DNA of 64,000 nt, from contig DASZBD010000025.1 in the NCBI GenBank assembly GCA_035944475.1, positions 864 to 64,863 of the forward strand, read 5' to 3'. A program made the translations under genes and the position numbers. Positions 52,317 to 62,188 of this stretch are shown one piece after another. The notes below the pieces were generated by a model. The model worked only from the letters and a program-made list of their open reading frames with translations, ran no database searches and was not told the origin of the DNA. This stretch comes from Microvirga sp. (GTDB lineage: Bacteria; Pseudomonadota; Alphaproteobacteria; Rhizobiales; Beijerinckiaceae). How positions within the stretch are numbered: the stretch's first letter is position 1; each line of letters begins with the position of its first letter.

Positions 52317-52343
52317 AAAACGGGACGGTCTGCACCGTCCCGC
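52317..52343 (-). terminator. Terminator-like hairpin between fabB and fabI
   Basis: GCGGGACGG-TGCAGA-CCGTCCCG-TTTTGCTGTTTT on the minus strand. Confidence 0.55.
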
Positions 52344-52387
52344 AGGCCGCGTTAGCCTTTTAGCGGAGCCGCCGCAAGGGCGGGGGC

Positions 52388-53608
52388 TCAAGCGTAGCGC
52401 TGCAGGACCAGGGTCGCGTTGGTACCGCCGAAGCCGAAGGAGTTGGAGAGCACCGTGTCAATCTTGGCGTCGTCGATGCGGTCCCGCACGATGTTCATGT
52501 CGGCGACGGCGGGGTCGATCTCCTCGATATGGGCGCTCTCGCAGATGAAGCGGTTGTTCATCATGAGAAGCGAATAGATCGCCTCCTGGACGCCCGTGGC
52601 GCCGAGGGAATGGCCGGTGAGGGATTTCGTGGCCGAGATCGGCGGGCACTTCTCGCCCGCGCCGAACACCTCGCGGATCGCCTCGATCTCCTTGAGGTCG
52701 CCGACGGGCGTCGCCGTGGCGTGCGGGTTGATGTAGTCGACCGGGCCGCGCACGTTCTGGAGCGCCATGCGCATGCAGCGCACCGCGCCTTCGCCTGAGG
52801 GCGCCACCATGTCGTAGCCGTCGGAGGTGGCGCCGTAGCCCACGACCTCGCCGTAGATCCGCGCGCCGCGGGCCTTAGCGTGCTCCAGTTCCTCCAGAAC
52901 GAGAACGCCCGCGCCGCCCGCGATCACGAAGCCGTCGCGGTTCACGTCGTAGGCGCGGGATGCGGTGGCGGGCGTGCCGTTATACTTCGACGACATGGCG
53001 CCCATGGCATCGAACAGCACGGAGAGCGACCAGTCGAGCTCCTCCGAGCCGCCGGCGAACATCACGTCCTGCTTGCCGTACTGAATCATCTCGTAGGCGT
53101 TGCCGATGCAGTGGTTCGACGTCGCGCAGGCCGACGAGATGGAATAGTTCACGCCCTTGATCTTGAACCAGGTCGCGAGCGTCGCGGAGGCCGTCGACGA
53201 CATGGCTTTGGGCACCGCGAAGGGGCCGACGCGCTTCGGGCCTTTGTTCCGCGTTACGTCGGCGGCTTCCACGATGGCCCGCGTCGAGGGGCCGCCCGAG
53301 CCCATGATGATGCCGGTGCGCTCGTTCGAGATGTCGCCGTCCTCGAGCCCCGCATCCCGGATCGCCTGATCCATCGCCACGTGGTTCCAGGCCGTGCCGC
53401 CGCCATGAAAGCGCATGGCCCGGCGGTCGACGGCCTCCTCGGCGTTGAGGGTCGGAGCGCCGTGCACCTGGCAGCGAAAGCCGAGCCGCTCGTAATCTTC
53501 GGCCTTGGAGATGCCGGAGCGCGCCTCGCGCAAGGAGGCCAGAACCTCCTGGGTGTTGTTGCCGATGGACGAGACGATGCCCATCCCGGTCACCACGACG
53601 CGTCTCAT
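52388..53608 (-). CDS. fabB: Beta-ketoacyl-ACP synthase I
   Basis: [40 protein letters not shown]. Confidence 0.96.
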   Translation of the reverse strand: MRRVVVTGMGIVSSIGNNTQEVLASLREARSGISKAEDYERLGFRCQVHGAPTLNAEEAVDRRAMRFHGGGTAWNHVAMDQAIRDAGLEDGDISNERTGIIMGSGGPSTRAIVEAADVTRNKGPKRVGPFAVPKAMSSTASATLATWFKIKGVNYSISSACATSNHCIGNAYEMIQYGKQDVMFAGGSEELDWSLSVLFDAMGAMSSKYNGTPATASRAYDVNRDGFVIAGGAGVLVLEELEHAKARGARIYGEVVGYGATSDGYDMVAPSGEGAVRCMRMALQNVRGPVDYINPHATATPVGDLKEIEAIREVFGAGEKCPPISATKSLTGHSLGATGVQEAIYSLLMMNNRFICESAHIEEIDPAVADMNIVRDRIDDAKIDTVLSNSFGFGGTNATLVLQRYA

Positions 53609-53697
53609 GCCCTGCTCCTCATCTGCGCAAACCCTGGCCTCTCCCGGGAGGTAACGCCGGGCGGGCCGGTTCTCAACCGCAACAGTCCGTGAAAGGA

Positions 53698-54222
53698 TCA
53701 GCCGCCTGCCGCCGCAGCATCGGCCTGGAACAGGCCGACCCGCAGATCCTTCGCCTCGTAGATGCGCCGGCCGTCGGCCTCGAGGAACCCGTCCGCGATG
53801 CCGAGCACGAGCTTCGAGCGGAACACGCGCTTGAAGTCGACGCCGTACACCACCCGCTTGTGGGTCGGCAGCACCTGGTCGGAGAACTTCACCTCGCCGA
53901 CGCCGAGGGCCCGCCCGCGCCCCGGGGAGCCGAGCCAGCCGAGGTAGAAGCCCACCATCTGCCAGAGCGCGTCGACGCCAAGGCAGCCCGGCATCACGGG
54001 GTCGCCCTTGAAGTGGCAGGGGAAGAACCAGAGGTCCGGCCGCACGTCGAGCTCCGCCCGCACGTGGCCCTTGCCGTGCTCGCCGCCATCCTCGCCGATG
54101 GAGGTGATGCGGTCGAACATCAGCATGGGGGGCAGGGGCAGCTGCGCGTTGCCGGGGCCGAACAATTCGCCCCGGCCGCAGGCCAGGAGTTCTTCGTAGG
54201 TGTAGCTCGACTGCCGGGCCAT
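53698..54222 (-). CDS. fabA: 3-hydroxyacyl-ACP dehydratase/isomerase
   Basis: [35 protein letters not shown]. Confidence 0.96.
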   Translation of the reverse strand: MARQSSYTYEELLACGRGELFGPGNAQLPLPPMLMFDRITSIGEDGGEHGKGHVRAELDVRPDLWFFPCHFKGDPVMPGCLGVDALWQMVGFYLGWLGSPGRGRALGVGEVKFSDQVLPTHKRVVYGVDFKRVFRSKLVLGIADGFLEADGRRIYEAKDLRVGLFQADAAAAGG

Positions 54223-54463
54223 GCCGCTCGCGGGTCCTTTCATCCAACCGTCACAAAAGCGGGCCAAGGAGGCCTCCAGCGCCCCTCGTCCCGCAAAGGT
54301 GCGCTCTGGTAGCACAGGCCTCCGGGCCATCAAAGGGATCCTGTCGCGTGCGGGGGCTTGTTTGTCGCGCGGGCGTGAACCCGGGGCCAGACCGTTCCGG
54401 TTGCGGGAGCGCGGCTGCCCCCCTATGATCAAGGAAGCGCGTGCCGCGTCCACCCGAACATCC

Positions 54464-54934
54464 ATGACCGATCCGTTGGCCACCCTGATCCAGCCGTCCC
54501 TTGCTCCTGCCGCCCGGCGGGGCTGCCCCCTGTCGGACCTGCGCGACAAGCTGCGCCGCGTGGGCCTGCGCCCGACGCGCCAGCGGGTGAGCCTCGGCTG
54601 GCTCCTCTTCGGCAAGGGCGACCGGCACATCACGGCCGAGATGCTGTTCGAGGAGGCGGGGCGCGCCCGCGTGCCGGTCTCGCTCGCCACGGTCTACAAC
54701 ACGCTCCACCAGTTCACGGAAGCGGGACTTTTGCGCCAGCTCGCGGTGGACGGCTCCAAGGCCTATTTCGACACCAACCCCTCCGAGCACCACCACTTCT
54801 TCCTCGAGGACGAGGGCGAACTGATCGACATGCCCACCGAGGGCGTCACGGTGGGCAGCCTGCCGGCCCCGCCGCCCGGCATGGAGGTGGCCGGCGTCGA
54901 GGTCATCGTGCGCCTGCGCAAGAAGCCCGCCTGA
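54464..54934 (+). CDS. irr: Iron response regulator (Fur family)
   Basis: [26 protein letters not shown]; divergent from fabA; start uncertain (54425 or 54464). Confidence 0.9.
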   Translation: MTDPLATLIQPSLAPAARRGCPLSDLRDKLRRVGLRPTRQRVSLGWLLFGKGDRHITAEMLFEEAGRARVPVSLATVYNTLHQFTEAGLLRQLAVDGSKAYFDTNPSEHHHFFLEDEGELIDMPTEGVTVGSLPAPPPGMEVAGVEVIVRLRKKPA

Positions 54935-54964
54935 GCGGGCGACCGGCGCTCACTCCCAGGCGTC

Positions 54965-55111
54965 CACCCCAGCCCTCATCTAAGGGTTCGCGTGAGCGAA
55001 CGTCTCGAAGGAGGGGGCGCATCCAGTGGGCGAGGGAGGCGCTGACCTGCGCTCCCTGAACCCTCCTTCGAGACGCGCTCTGACGAGCGCTCCTCAGGAT
55101 GAGGGTCGAGG
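54965..55111. repeat. Palindromic REP/RIME-like element, family B
   Basis: Shares both ends with 653-804 (CACCCCAGCCCTCATC ... GAGCGCTCCTCAGGATGAGGGTCGAGG). Confidence 0.82.
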
Positions 55112-55133
55112 CCAGAATTTGGCCGCGCCGGCC

Positions 55134-55283
55134 TCAGCGCAGGAGTCCCAGTCCGATCACCGCGAAGCTGATGAGGAAGCCCGCCACGATGAAGTGGATG
55201 TGGCGCGGGACCACGAGGGCCAGGATCCCAAGGCCGAGCGCGATGAGCGGCAGCAGGTTCTTGATGCCGAGCGAGATGTTCAT
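55134..55283 (-). CDS. DUF3096-like small membrane protein
   Basis: PLIALGLGILALVVPR.I.FIVAGFLI...VIGL; GAAGGA RBS. Confidence 0.7.
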   Translation of the reverse strand: MNISLGIKNLLPLIALGLGILALVVPRHIHFIVAGFLISFAVIGLGLLR

Positions 55284-55321
55284 TCCGTCGTTTCCTTCGT
55301 CATGCGCCCGTCCCCCGGGCG

Positions 55322-55858
55322 TCATTCCACCCGCTCGTTCGGGTACACGCCCCAGAGCTTGTCCTGCCGGATATGGCCTTCCACGTCGCGGGCGCCGTCC
55401 ATCACGATGACGATCCGGCACCAGGCGCCGTTGCAATCCTTGACGTGGGCGATGACCCCGGGCTGAAGCTTCGCCACGGGCTCCGCCCGGTCCTCGGGGC
55501 GTTCGAGCAGGGTGAGCGGCGGCACTTCGCCCTTCGCCCAGGGCATGACGAGGGCCGTGCGGCGGCCGGACAGGAGCGAGTGCAGGACCCAGCCCTCCGT
55601 TCCCTCCGAATCGCGGATCCGGCGCCAGGTCTCGTACTCGGCGACGATCTCGACGGGCAGTCCCGCCCGCTGGAACACCCAGGCCGTGCGATGATCCTTC
55701 GAGGGACCCTCGCGTAGGTTCACCCGGTCGGTCTTGAGGCTCACGTAGCGGGGAACCGGCAGTCCCGTTCCCTTGCGCCCTCCGAGGGGCTCCTGCGCGG
55801 CGGCCGGCCCGGCGCCGCTGAGGGCGAGGAGCGTGATCGCGAGAACGGTCTTGCGCAT
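55322..55858 (-). CDS. Secreted tandem SH3-domain protein
   Basis: TGLPVPRYVSLK...VNLREGP, WRRIRDSEGTEGWV. Confidence 0.92.
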   Translation of the reverse strand: MRKTVLAITLLALSGAGPAAAQEPLGGRKGTGLPVPRYVSLKTDRVNLREGPSKDHRTAWVFQRAGLPVEIVAEYETWRRIRDSEGTEGWVLHSLLSGRRTALVMPWAKGEVPPLTLLERPEDRAEPVAKLQPGVIAHVKDCNGAWCRIVIVMDGARDVEGHIRQDKLWGVYPNERVE

Positions 55859-55960
55859 GGTCTCCTCCCGACGGATTGTGAAAAGCCCAGCCTTCTGATT
55901 AAGGAGGCCACGAGGGAGCCGCCACGCGGCGGCTCGTCACCTTCCCATCGCCGGATCAGG

Positions 55961-55976
55961 GTTAAGGCCGCCTTAA
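55961..55976. promoter_or_regulatory. CtrA-type binding site
   Basis: Minus strand reads TTAA-GGCGGCC-TTAAC; between divergent genes. Confidence 0.7.
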
Positions 55977-56017
55977 TCCTCCGGCGCCACGCCGCCACGG
56001 GACTTGAAGCCCTGCCG

Positions 56018-57010
56018 ATGAAGAAAAGACCGGTCGTCGTCGTCACCCGCCGCCTGCCGAACGTGGTCGAGACGCGCATGCGCGAGCTCTTCGACACGCG
56101 GCTCAACCTCGAGGACAAGCCCTTGCAGGCGGGCGAGCTGGCCGAGGCGGTGAGGACCGCCGACGTGCTCGTGCCGACGGTGACGGACGAGATCGACGCC
56201 TCCGTGCTGGCCCAGGCCGGGCCGAACCTCAAGCTCATCGCCAATTTCGGCAACGGGGTCGACAACATCGACGTGCAGGCGGCCCTCTCGCGGGGCATCA
56301 CCGTCACCAACACGCCGGGCGTGCTCACGGACGACACCGCCGACATGACCATGGCGCTGATCATGGCGGTGGCGCGGCGCATCCCCGAGGGCGCGCGCAT
56401 GATCCCGGAGGATACCTGGAGCGGCTGGTCGCCCACCGCCATGCTGGGGCACCGGATCACCGGCAAGCGCCTCGGCATCGTCGGCATGGGGCGGATCGGC
56501 CAGGCGCTGGCCCGGCGCGCGGGGGCGTTCGGCCTCGCGATCCACTACCACAACCGCCGCCGCGTCCCGCAGCGGATCGAGGACGAACTCGGGGCCACCT
56601 ACTGGGAGAGCCTCGACCAGATGCTCGCCCGCATGGACATCGTGTCGGTGAACTGCCCGCACACCCCCGCCACCTATCACCTGCTCTCGGCGCGGCGCCT
56701 CAAGCTCATGCGGCCCGACGCCATCATCGTGAACACGGCCCGCGGCGAGATCATCGACGAGACCGCGCTCGCCCGCCTCATCGAGGCCGGCAGCCTCGGC
56801 GGCGCCGGGCTCGACGTGTTCGAGCAGGAGCCCGCCGTGAACCCGCGGCTCGTGAAGCTCGCCCGTCAGGGCAAGGTGGTGCTCATGCCGCATATGGGCT
56901 CGGCGACCCACGAGGGCCGGGTCGACATGGGCGAGAAGGTGATCGTGAACATCAAGACCTTCATGGACGGCCACCGCCCGCCGGACCGCGTCCTGCCGAG
57001 CATGCTCTAG
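56018..57010 (+). CDS. D-2-hydroxyacid dehydrogenase (glyoxylate/D-glycerate reductase)
   Basis: VTNTPGVLT, GIVGMGRIG, NTARG, GLDVFEQEP, PHMGSAT. Confidence 0.93.
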   Translation: MKKRPVVVVTRRLPNVVETRMRELFDTRLNLEDKPLQAGELAEAVRTADVLVPTVTDEIDASVLAQAGPNLKLIANFGNGVDNIDVQAALSRGITVTNTPGVLTDDTADMTMALIMAVARRIPEGARMIPEDTWSGWSPTAMLGHRITGKRLGIVGMGRIGQALARRAGAFGLAIHYHNRRRVPQRIEDELGATYWESLDQMLARMDIVSVNCPHTPATYHLLSARRLKLMRPDAIIVNTARGEIIDETALARLIEAGSLGGAGLDVFEQEPAVNPRLVKLARQGKVVLMPHMGSATHEGRVDMGEKVIVNIKTFMDGHRPPDRVLPSML

Positions 57011-57026
57011 GCAGGCCTTCGGGCCT

Positions 57027-58313
57027 CTACGGGGAGCCTGCGCCCAGCAGCCCGGCGATCTCGTCCGCCGCCCGCTCCGCCTCGTCCCAGGCACCGCCGA
57101 CCGTGCCCCATTGCTGCCGCGAGAGGGCTTCGCCGGCGAACCAGATCCTGTCGCCCACGGGCCGCTTCAGGGCGTCCCGGATGGGAGCCCGCCCCGGCGG
57201 CACCACGGCCCAGGACGCCCGGGACCAGGGATCGTGCCGCCACGTCGTGGCGAGCGGCGAGGACAGGTCCCGGATCGCCCAGCGGCCGAACTGCTCCGCC
57301 AGCACCGCTCGGGCGTAGCGGGCCGGAGCGTCGGGGTCGCGGTTATCGAGGCTCGCGGCGGTCGGCTGGTCGAGTTCGAGGAAGTGGAACGGCGCGCCGT
57401 CGATGCGCGTCAGCAGGCCCGGCGGCTCGAGCCGGTTGCCGGCAAGATGCGCGAGGCGGTCCGGCCCCCGGAACGGCGCGCCCGGCCAGTGCAGCACCAC
57501 GTGCTCGTAGACCCCGGCCGTAAAACCGTGGACGGCGTCCCGGGTCTGCGCCGGCAGGGCGGGCGTGAACCGGATCCCGCCCGCCTGCAGGACGAGCATC
57601 GGCGCCGTCATCACGAGGGCCCGGGCCTTCAAGGTACCGGCCCCGGTCTCGAGGGAAATCCCGGTCCCGCTCCAGTCGACGGCCGTCACCGGGGTGCCGA
57701 GCCTCACCGGAAGGCCGGCCGCCAGCCGGGCGATGTAGGCCCCGAGCCCCCCGGCGATGAAGAGGTTGTCGGCGAATTCCATGCTCGGGAAGTCGTGCAG
57801 GCTCACCTCCCGCAGAGGTCGGCCCGAGACGAGGCCGTGAACCTGCTCGACCCGCCGTCCCGCGGGACCGAGGGGCGGCAGCGCCCGCGCGGCCGCACGA
57901 TCCTCGCCCGACCGGGCGGCCGCCGTCATGGCCCGGTCCGCCCGGTCGAACGCCCGGTCGAAGGCGGCCCGCTCCTCCCGCCGTCCGGGCCGGTCCCGCA
58001 CGAAGAGGTGCCCCTCCTGCGGTGCCCGGCGCAGCCGCTCGCCCCGCTCGCGCCCCAGGCGGACGAGGGGGTTTATGGGCCCGGCATGAAGCCAATGCGC
58101 CCCAGGATCCACAGGGTGGCCCTTGATGCCGACCGTGACCGCCCGCCCGCCGACCCGCCCCCGGGCCTCCACCACCGCGACGGTGAACCCTCGGCTCAGG
58201 AGCCGCCGGGCGGCTGCGATCCCCGCGGAGCCCGCCCCGATGACGGCCACATCCGCCTCCCGCGGAGGGTCGCTCAAGGGTGGTCTGAACGCGAGAGGCC
58301 AGGGGAGCGTCAT
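57027..58313 (-). CDS. Flavin monoamine oxidase family protein
   Basis: VIGAGSAGIAAA, EARGRVGGR, GAHWLH, W..DPWS, FAGEA. Confidence 0.9.
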   Translation of the reverse strand: MTLPWPLAFRPPLSDPPREADVAVIGAGSAGIAAARRLLSRGFTVAVVEARGRVGGRAVTVGIKGHPVDPGAHWLHAGPINPLVRLGRERGERLRRAPQEGHLFVRDRPGRREERAAFDRAFDRADRAMTAAARSGEDRAAARALPPLGPAGRRVEQVHGLVSGRPLREVSLHDFPSMEFADNLFIAGGLGAYIARLAAGLPVRLGTPVTAVDWSGTGISLETGAGTLKARALVMTAPMLVLQAGGIRFTPALPAQTRDAVHGFTAGVYEHVVLHWPGAPFRGPDRLAHLAGNRLEPPGLLTRIDGAPFHFLELDQPTAASLDNRDPDAPARYARAVLAEQFGRWAIRDLSSPLATTWRHDPWSRASWAVVPPGRAPIRDALKRPVGDRIWFAGEALSRQQWGTVGGAWDEAERAADEIAGLLGAGSP

Positions 58314-58415
58314 GGAGGGGATCCGGGCTTGCCTTGCTGATGGAGCGTTTCAGGGTAAAGTCCGCCGCGCCGGACGGCGGCAGCCGGAACCGGCGATCGG
58401 GGGAACGGACACGCG

Positions 58416-59153
58416 ATGTTGATCCAGGCGGCCTTCAAGGCGTGGGGGCAGGTGTTCTCGCCGGCCCTGCGCAAGGTGCTGTGGAAGTCTCTTGCCCTCA
58501 CGATCGGGCTCTTGGTCCTCGTCTGGTTCGGGCTGACCCGGCTTCTCGGCTCCTGGTTCGAGACCCACGACCTCAGCGCCAGCTACCCCGTGCTCGACAG
58601 CTTCGCCTATTTCCTGGCAGGGGCCGGCCTGTTCGTCGTCCTTGCCTATCTCCTGCCGGCGGTATCGGCCCTCGTTGCGGGCTATTTCCTCGACGACGTG
58701 GCGGAGGTGGTGGAGCGCACCGACTTCTCCGGCGAGCCGCCCGGCCAGGCGCTGCCGGTCGGCCGCGCCCTGCTCTACGGCCTGCGTTTCGCGGGGCTGT
58801 CGCTCGTCGTCAATCTCGCCGCCCTGGTGCTGGTCTTCGTGCCGGTGGTGAACGTGGCCGCCTTCTTCATCGCCAACGCCTATCTCCTCGGACGCGAGTA
58901 TTTCGAACTCGCGGCCGGCCGGTTCCGGCCTCTGGAAGAGGCATCGCGCATGCGCGTGGAGCATCGCGGCACGGTGATGCTCGCCGGAGCCATGCTGGCG
59001 GGGCTCGTCCTGATCCCGGTGGTGAACCTCCTGACCCCGCTCTTCGGCGTGGCGCTCATGGTTCACGTGCACAAGCGCCTAGCGGGTCGAGCTCTGACCG
59101 ACCGCGGGGCCGGACGCGCTGCCCGTCTGGAGGTTGGACCCGGGCCCCGTTGA
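58416..59153 (+). CDS. CysZ/EI24 family membrane protein
   Basis: FLDDVAE.VE, NAYLLGREYFE, IPVVNLLTPLF. Confidence 0.88.
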   Translation: MLIQAAFKAWGQVFSPALRKVLWKSLALTIGLLVLVWFGLTRLLGSWFETHDLSASYPVLDSFAYFLAGAGLFVVLAYLLPAVSALVAGYFLDDVAEVVERTDFSGEPPGQALPVGRALLYGLRFAGLSLVVNLAALVLVFVPVVNVAAFFIANAYLLGREYFELAAGRFRPLEEASRMRVEHRGTVMLAGAMLAGLVLIPVVNLLTPLFGVALMVHVHKRLAGRALTDRGAGRAARLEVGPGPR

Positions 59154-60188
59154 GCGGGGCGCCAGGAGATCGGGCGCGTCCGACGGGGTCGCGTTGCGCT
59201 TGAGATCGAACTGGCCGCGCTTGCGGAACCGCATCATGTAGGCGGGCACCACCGCCTCGAAGGCCGTCGGCACGATGCCGAGGCCTTCCAGCGTGCGGCC
59301 CTCCCGCCGGGCGGCCTCCGACACCACGTTGTCGCGCTCGAGCAGGGTCACCTGATCGCGGGTGATGACGAGGTTGTCGGGCATGAGGCCGAGCGTCAGC
59401 CGGTCGAGGGCGCCGAGCACCGTCCCCTGAAGGCGCGCCACCGACCAGGGCACCGGCACGACGAGGCGACGCCGCTCGGTCTGTTCGAGCACATAGGAGA
59501 CGATCTCCCGCAAGGGGAGCTGCTGCGGGCCGCCGAGCTCGTAGATGCGGCCGCCCGGCACGGTGCCGTCGATCGCCCGGGCGATCACGTCGGCCACATC
59601 GCCGGCATAGACCGGCTGGAAGCGGGTGTCGGCCCCGGCGAGCGGGATGACGGGCAGGGTGCGGGAGAGATCGGCGAAGCGCGTGAAGAACCCGTCGCCC
59701 GGGCCGAACAGCACGGAGGGACGCACGATCACGGCGTCCGGCCGCACGGCGAGAAGCCCCGCCTCGCCCTCGGCCTTGCTGCGGGCGTAGAGCGACTCGG
59801 AGCCGGCATCGGCGCCGATGGCCGAGACGTGGACGATGCGGGCTTCCGGGATCGCGGCTTCGGCGATGATGCGAGGGGCTTCGGCCTGCAGGGTCGAGAA
59901 GCGCTGGCGTCCGCCCTCCTGCAGGATGCCGACGAGGTTCACCACATGGTCGGCCTTCGCCACCGCGTGGCGCACCGATTCGGGATGGCGCAGGTTCGCC
60001 TGGATGGCGTGGATCTGGCCGTTCGCGCCGAAGACCTGAACGGGTCCGGCGAGCTCCGGCCGCCGCGTCGCGACGAGCACCCGGTAGCCCCGCTGGGCGA
60101 GCGCACGCACCACGTAGCGGCCAAGGAACCCGGAGCCGCCGAACACCGTGACGAGTTGCTGGGCCGGCGTACGGATCGCGCCGATCAT
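59079..60188 (-). CDS. Complex I NDUFA9 subunit family (atypical SDR)
   Basis: VTVFGGSGFLGR, VNLVGIL, HVSAIGA, YARSK, FQPVYAGDVA. Confidence 0.92.
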   Translation of the reverse strand: MIGAIRTPAQQLVTVFGGSGFLGRYVVRALAQRGYRVLVATRRPELAGPVQVFGANGQIHAIQANLRHPESVRHAVAKADHVVNLVGILQEGGRQRFSTLQAEAPRIIAEAAIPEARIVHVSAIGADAGSESLYARSKAEGEAGLLAVRPDAVIVRPSVLFGPGDGFFTRFADLSRTLPVIPLAGADTRFQPVYAGDVADVIARAIDGTVPGGRIYELGGPQQLPLREIVSYVLEQTERRRLVVPVPWSVARLQGTVLGALDRLTLGLMPDNLVITRDQVTLLERDNVVSEAARREGRTLEGLGIVPTAFEAVVPAYMMRFRKRGQFDLKRNATPSDAPDLLAPRSTGPGSNLQTGSASGPAVGQSSTR

Positions 60189-60416
60189 GATGGTCTCTCC
60201 TCAACCTCAAGGGATGCCTGCGGTCAGAGCGCTTCCGGAACCGACGGCCTGCCAGAGCCCTCGGCACCGGGCGGTGCGCGGCACGAGAACCCTGTAGTCA
60301 AACCCGCTCACCCTGTGAAGTGGTCCAGCCCCGGCCCTGCGGCGGGTGAGCGCCCCATCCCCCGCGCAGATCCCGCATTGACGCGCCCGCCCGGTGTCGT
60401 TAAACGCGGTGCCCAT

Positions 60417-60501
60417 GCCCAGGTGGCGGAATTGGTAGACGCGCTGGTTTCAGGTACCAGTGGTGAAAGCCGTGGAGGTTCGAGTCCTCTCCTGGGCACC
60501 A
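60417..60501 (+). tRNA. tRNA-Leu(CAG)
   Basis: GCCCAGG acceptor stem, anticodon arm CTGGT-TTCAGGT-ACCAG, long variable arm, GGTTCGAGTCC, CCA; TTGACG -35-like box near 60378. Confidence 0.97.
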
Positions 60502-60586
60502 TCTCTCTCTTAAGTGATTGAGAGTCACAGCTTTCTTTTGGGGCCAACACTTAGCGCTGCCTGACTGGTACAGACAGGTGGTACAA

Positions 60587-62188
60587 ATGCCCCTTCCGAT
60601 GACTCGACCCTGGAAGCACCCGCAAAGCGGGATTTATTGGCTGCGGCGAGCGGTTCCTCATGACCTGCGCGCACTGATTGGTCGACGCGAGGAGAAAAAG
60701 AGCCTCGGGACTCGAGACCCTGCCGAGGCGCGCCGTCGGCATGCGGCTGCTATTGCCGAACTCGAAGGTCGATGGGCGAACCTCCGCGCCGGTCCAAAGG
60801 GGCTCACCGAGGCCGACGCCTATGCCCTCACGGCCCATTTCGAGGACGAGTGGCTCAAGGCCCATTGGGATAACCCGAGTGAGCAGACTTTCTGGCGTGT
60901 TGAAGTCTACGAGCGGCTCTGGCCGAGCCCTGATCAGCTCACTAGGGAGCAGCTGAGACTTGACTACTTCGATCCGAATGCATCGGCCATTGCCAGTATG
61001 GAGGCGTGGTGTTTGGCGAAAGCTGCTGAGCTGAGCGACCACCAAGGTCTTCTCCTTGACGAGAAATCTCGACAGAGGCTCGCTCGCGGGGTTGCAGCCG
61101 CAGTGAACCGAGCGAGTGTGACTCTGCAGGCTATAACGAGAGGTCGGGTCCGCTTCTCTTGGCCGCCGGAGGCCCAACTCACGACCGCTGGAACCGCTCT
61201 CTCCCGCTCGAATGATTCCTCAGCCGTCATGCTTGAGGATCTCATCGCCGGCTGGGTCAAGGAGAAAAGGCCTGCCGAGCGGACCGTGTACGAATGGCGG
61301 CGCATAGCCCGGGAACTCACAAAGTTCATAGGCCATCAAGATGCGGCGAAGATGACGCCGGAGGATTTGCTTCGTTGGAAGACGTCGCTCATCGAGGCTG
61401 GCCTCCGGCCGAAAACGATCAGAGACGCCAAGCTGGCAGCTGTTCGGGCCATTCTGAGGTGGGGCGTGGACAACCGGCTTCTCGCCGAAAACGTCGCTGA
61501 AAAGGTGAAAGTGGAGGTCAACCGGAAACCGATCGAGGGGAAACGGGGGTACCGAGACGACGAGGCCGCGGTTGTTCTTCGCGCGGCGGCTATGGCCAAG
61601 GATCCGGTGCGCCGGTGGGTTCCTTGGCTGTGTGCTTATTCCGGCGCTCGGCTGGCAGAGGTGTGCCAGCTCAGAAAGGAAGACATACGGCTGATCGAGG
61701 GGGTCTGGTGCATGGCCTTCGACCCTGAAGCTGGATCCCTGAAGACGCGGAGCTCCGAACGGGTGATCCCGATTCACCCAGCAGTCCTCGAAACAGGCTT
61801 CCTTGTTTTCGTTGAACAGAGCGGACCTGGTCCGTTGTTCCCAACACTTGAGCCGGACCGGTTCGGAAGGAGGGGAGGGACAGGTACAAAGATCCTCGGT
61901 CGCTGGGTTCGTTCTCTCGGCCTCACGGATGTACGCGTGTCTCCGAGCCACTCCTGGCGACACCGCTTCATCACTCAAGCACGTCGGCACCAACTCGCAC
62001 CTGATGTCACAAACGCGGTCACGGGGCACGCTCGTAAAAGTGTCGCTGACAGTTATGGGGAGTTCCCGATTGGTGTTATGTTGAGGGAAATCAGCAAAAT
62101 TCCGATGATCCAGCTCGCCGCTGATGCTGGAGAGTGCATGTCGCCGGCCGCTCGGCTCCGGGACAAAGATAACGCCGCAACAACGTAG
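60587..62188 (+). CDS. Tyrosine recombinase/integrase with N-terminal DUF6538-like domain
   Basis: GIYWLRRAVP.DLR..IGRREEKKSLGTRD; catalytic set SGAR, LKT, HSWRH, GH, SY. Confidence 0.92.
   Translation: MPLPMTRPWKHPQSGIYWLRRAVPHDLRALIGRREEKKSLGTRDPAEARRRHAAAIAELEGRWANLRAGPKGLTEADAYALTAHFEDEWLKAHWDNPSEQTFWRVEVYERLWPSPDQLTREQLRLDYFDPNASAIASMEAWCLAKAAELSDHQGLLLDEKSRQRLARGVAAAVNRASVTLQAITRGRVRFSWPPEAQLTTAGTALSRSNDSSAVMLEDLIAGWVKEKRPAERTVYEWRRIARELTKFIGHQDAAKMTPEDLLRWKTSLIEAGLRPKTIRDAKLAAVRAILRWGVDNRLLAENVAEKVKVEVNRKPIEGKRGYRDDEAAVVLRAAAMAKDPVRRWVPWLCAYSGARLAEVCQLRKEDIRLIEGVWCMAFDPEAGSLKTRSSERVIPIHPAVLETGFLVFVEQSGPGPLFPTLEPDRFGRRGGTGTKILGRWVRSLGLTDVRVSPSHSWRHRFITQARRHQLAPDVTNAVTGHARKSVADSYGEFPIGVMLREISKIPMIQLAADAGECMSPAARLRDKDNAATT

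Noticed and set aside
50741-54247. Long N-terminal extensions on the DsbA-like and fabB ORFs
   Set aside because: Open shadow frames over fabI and fabA; recognisable starts are at 51352 and 53608
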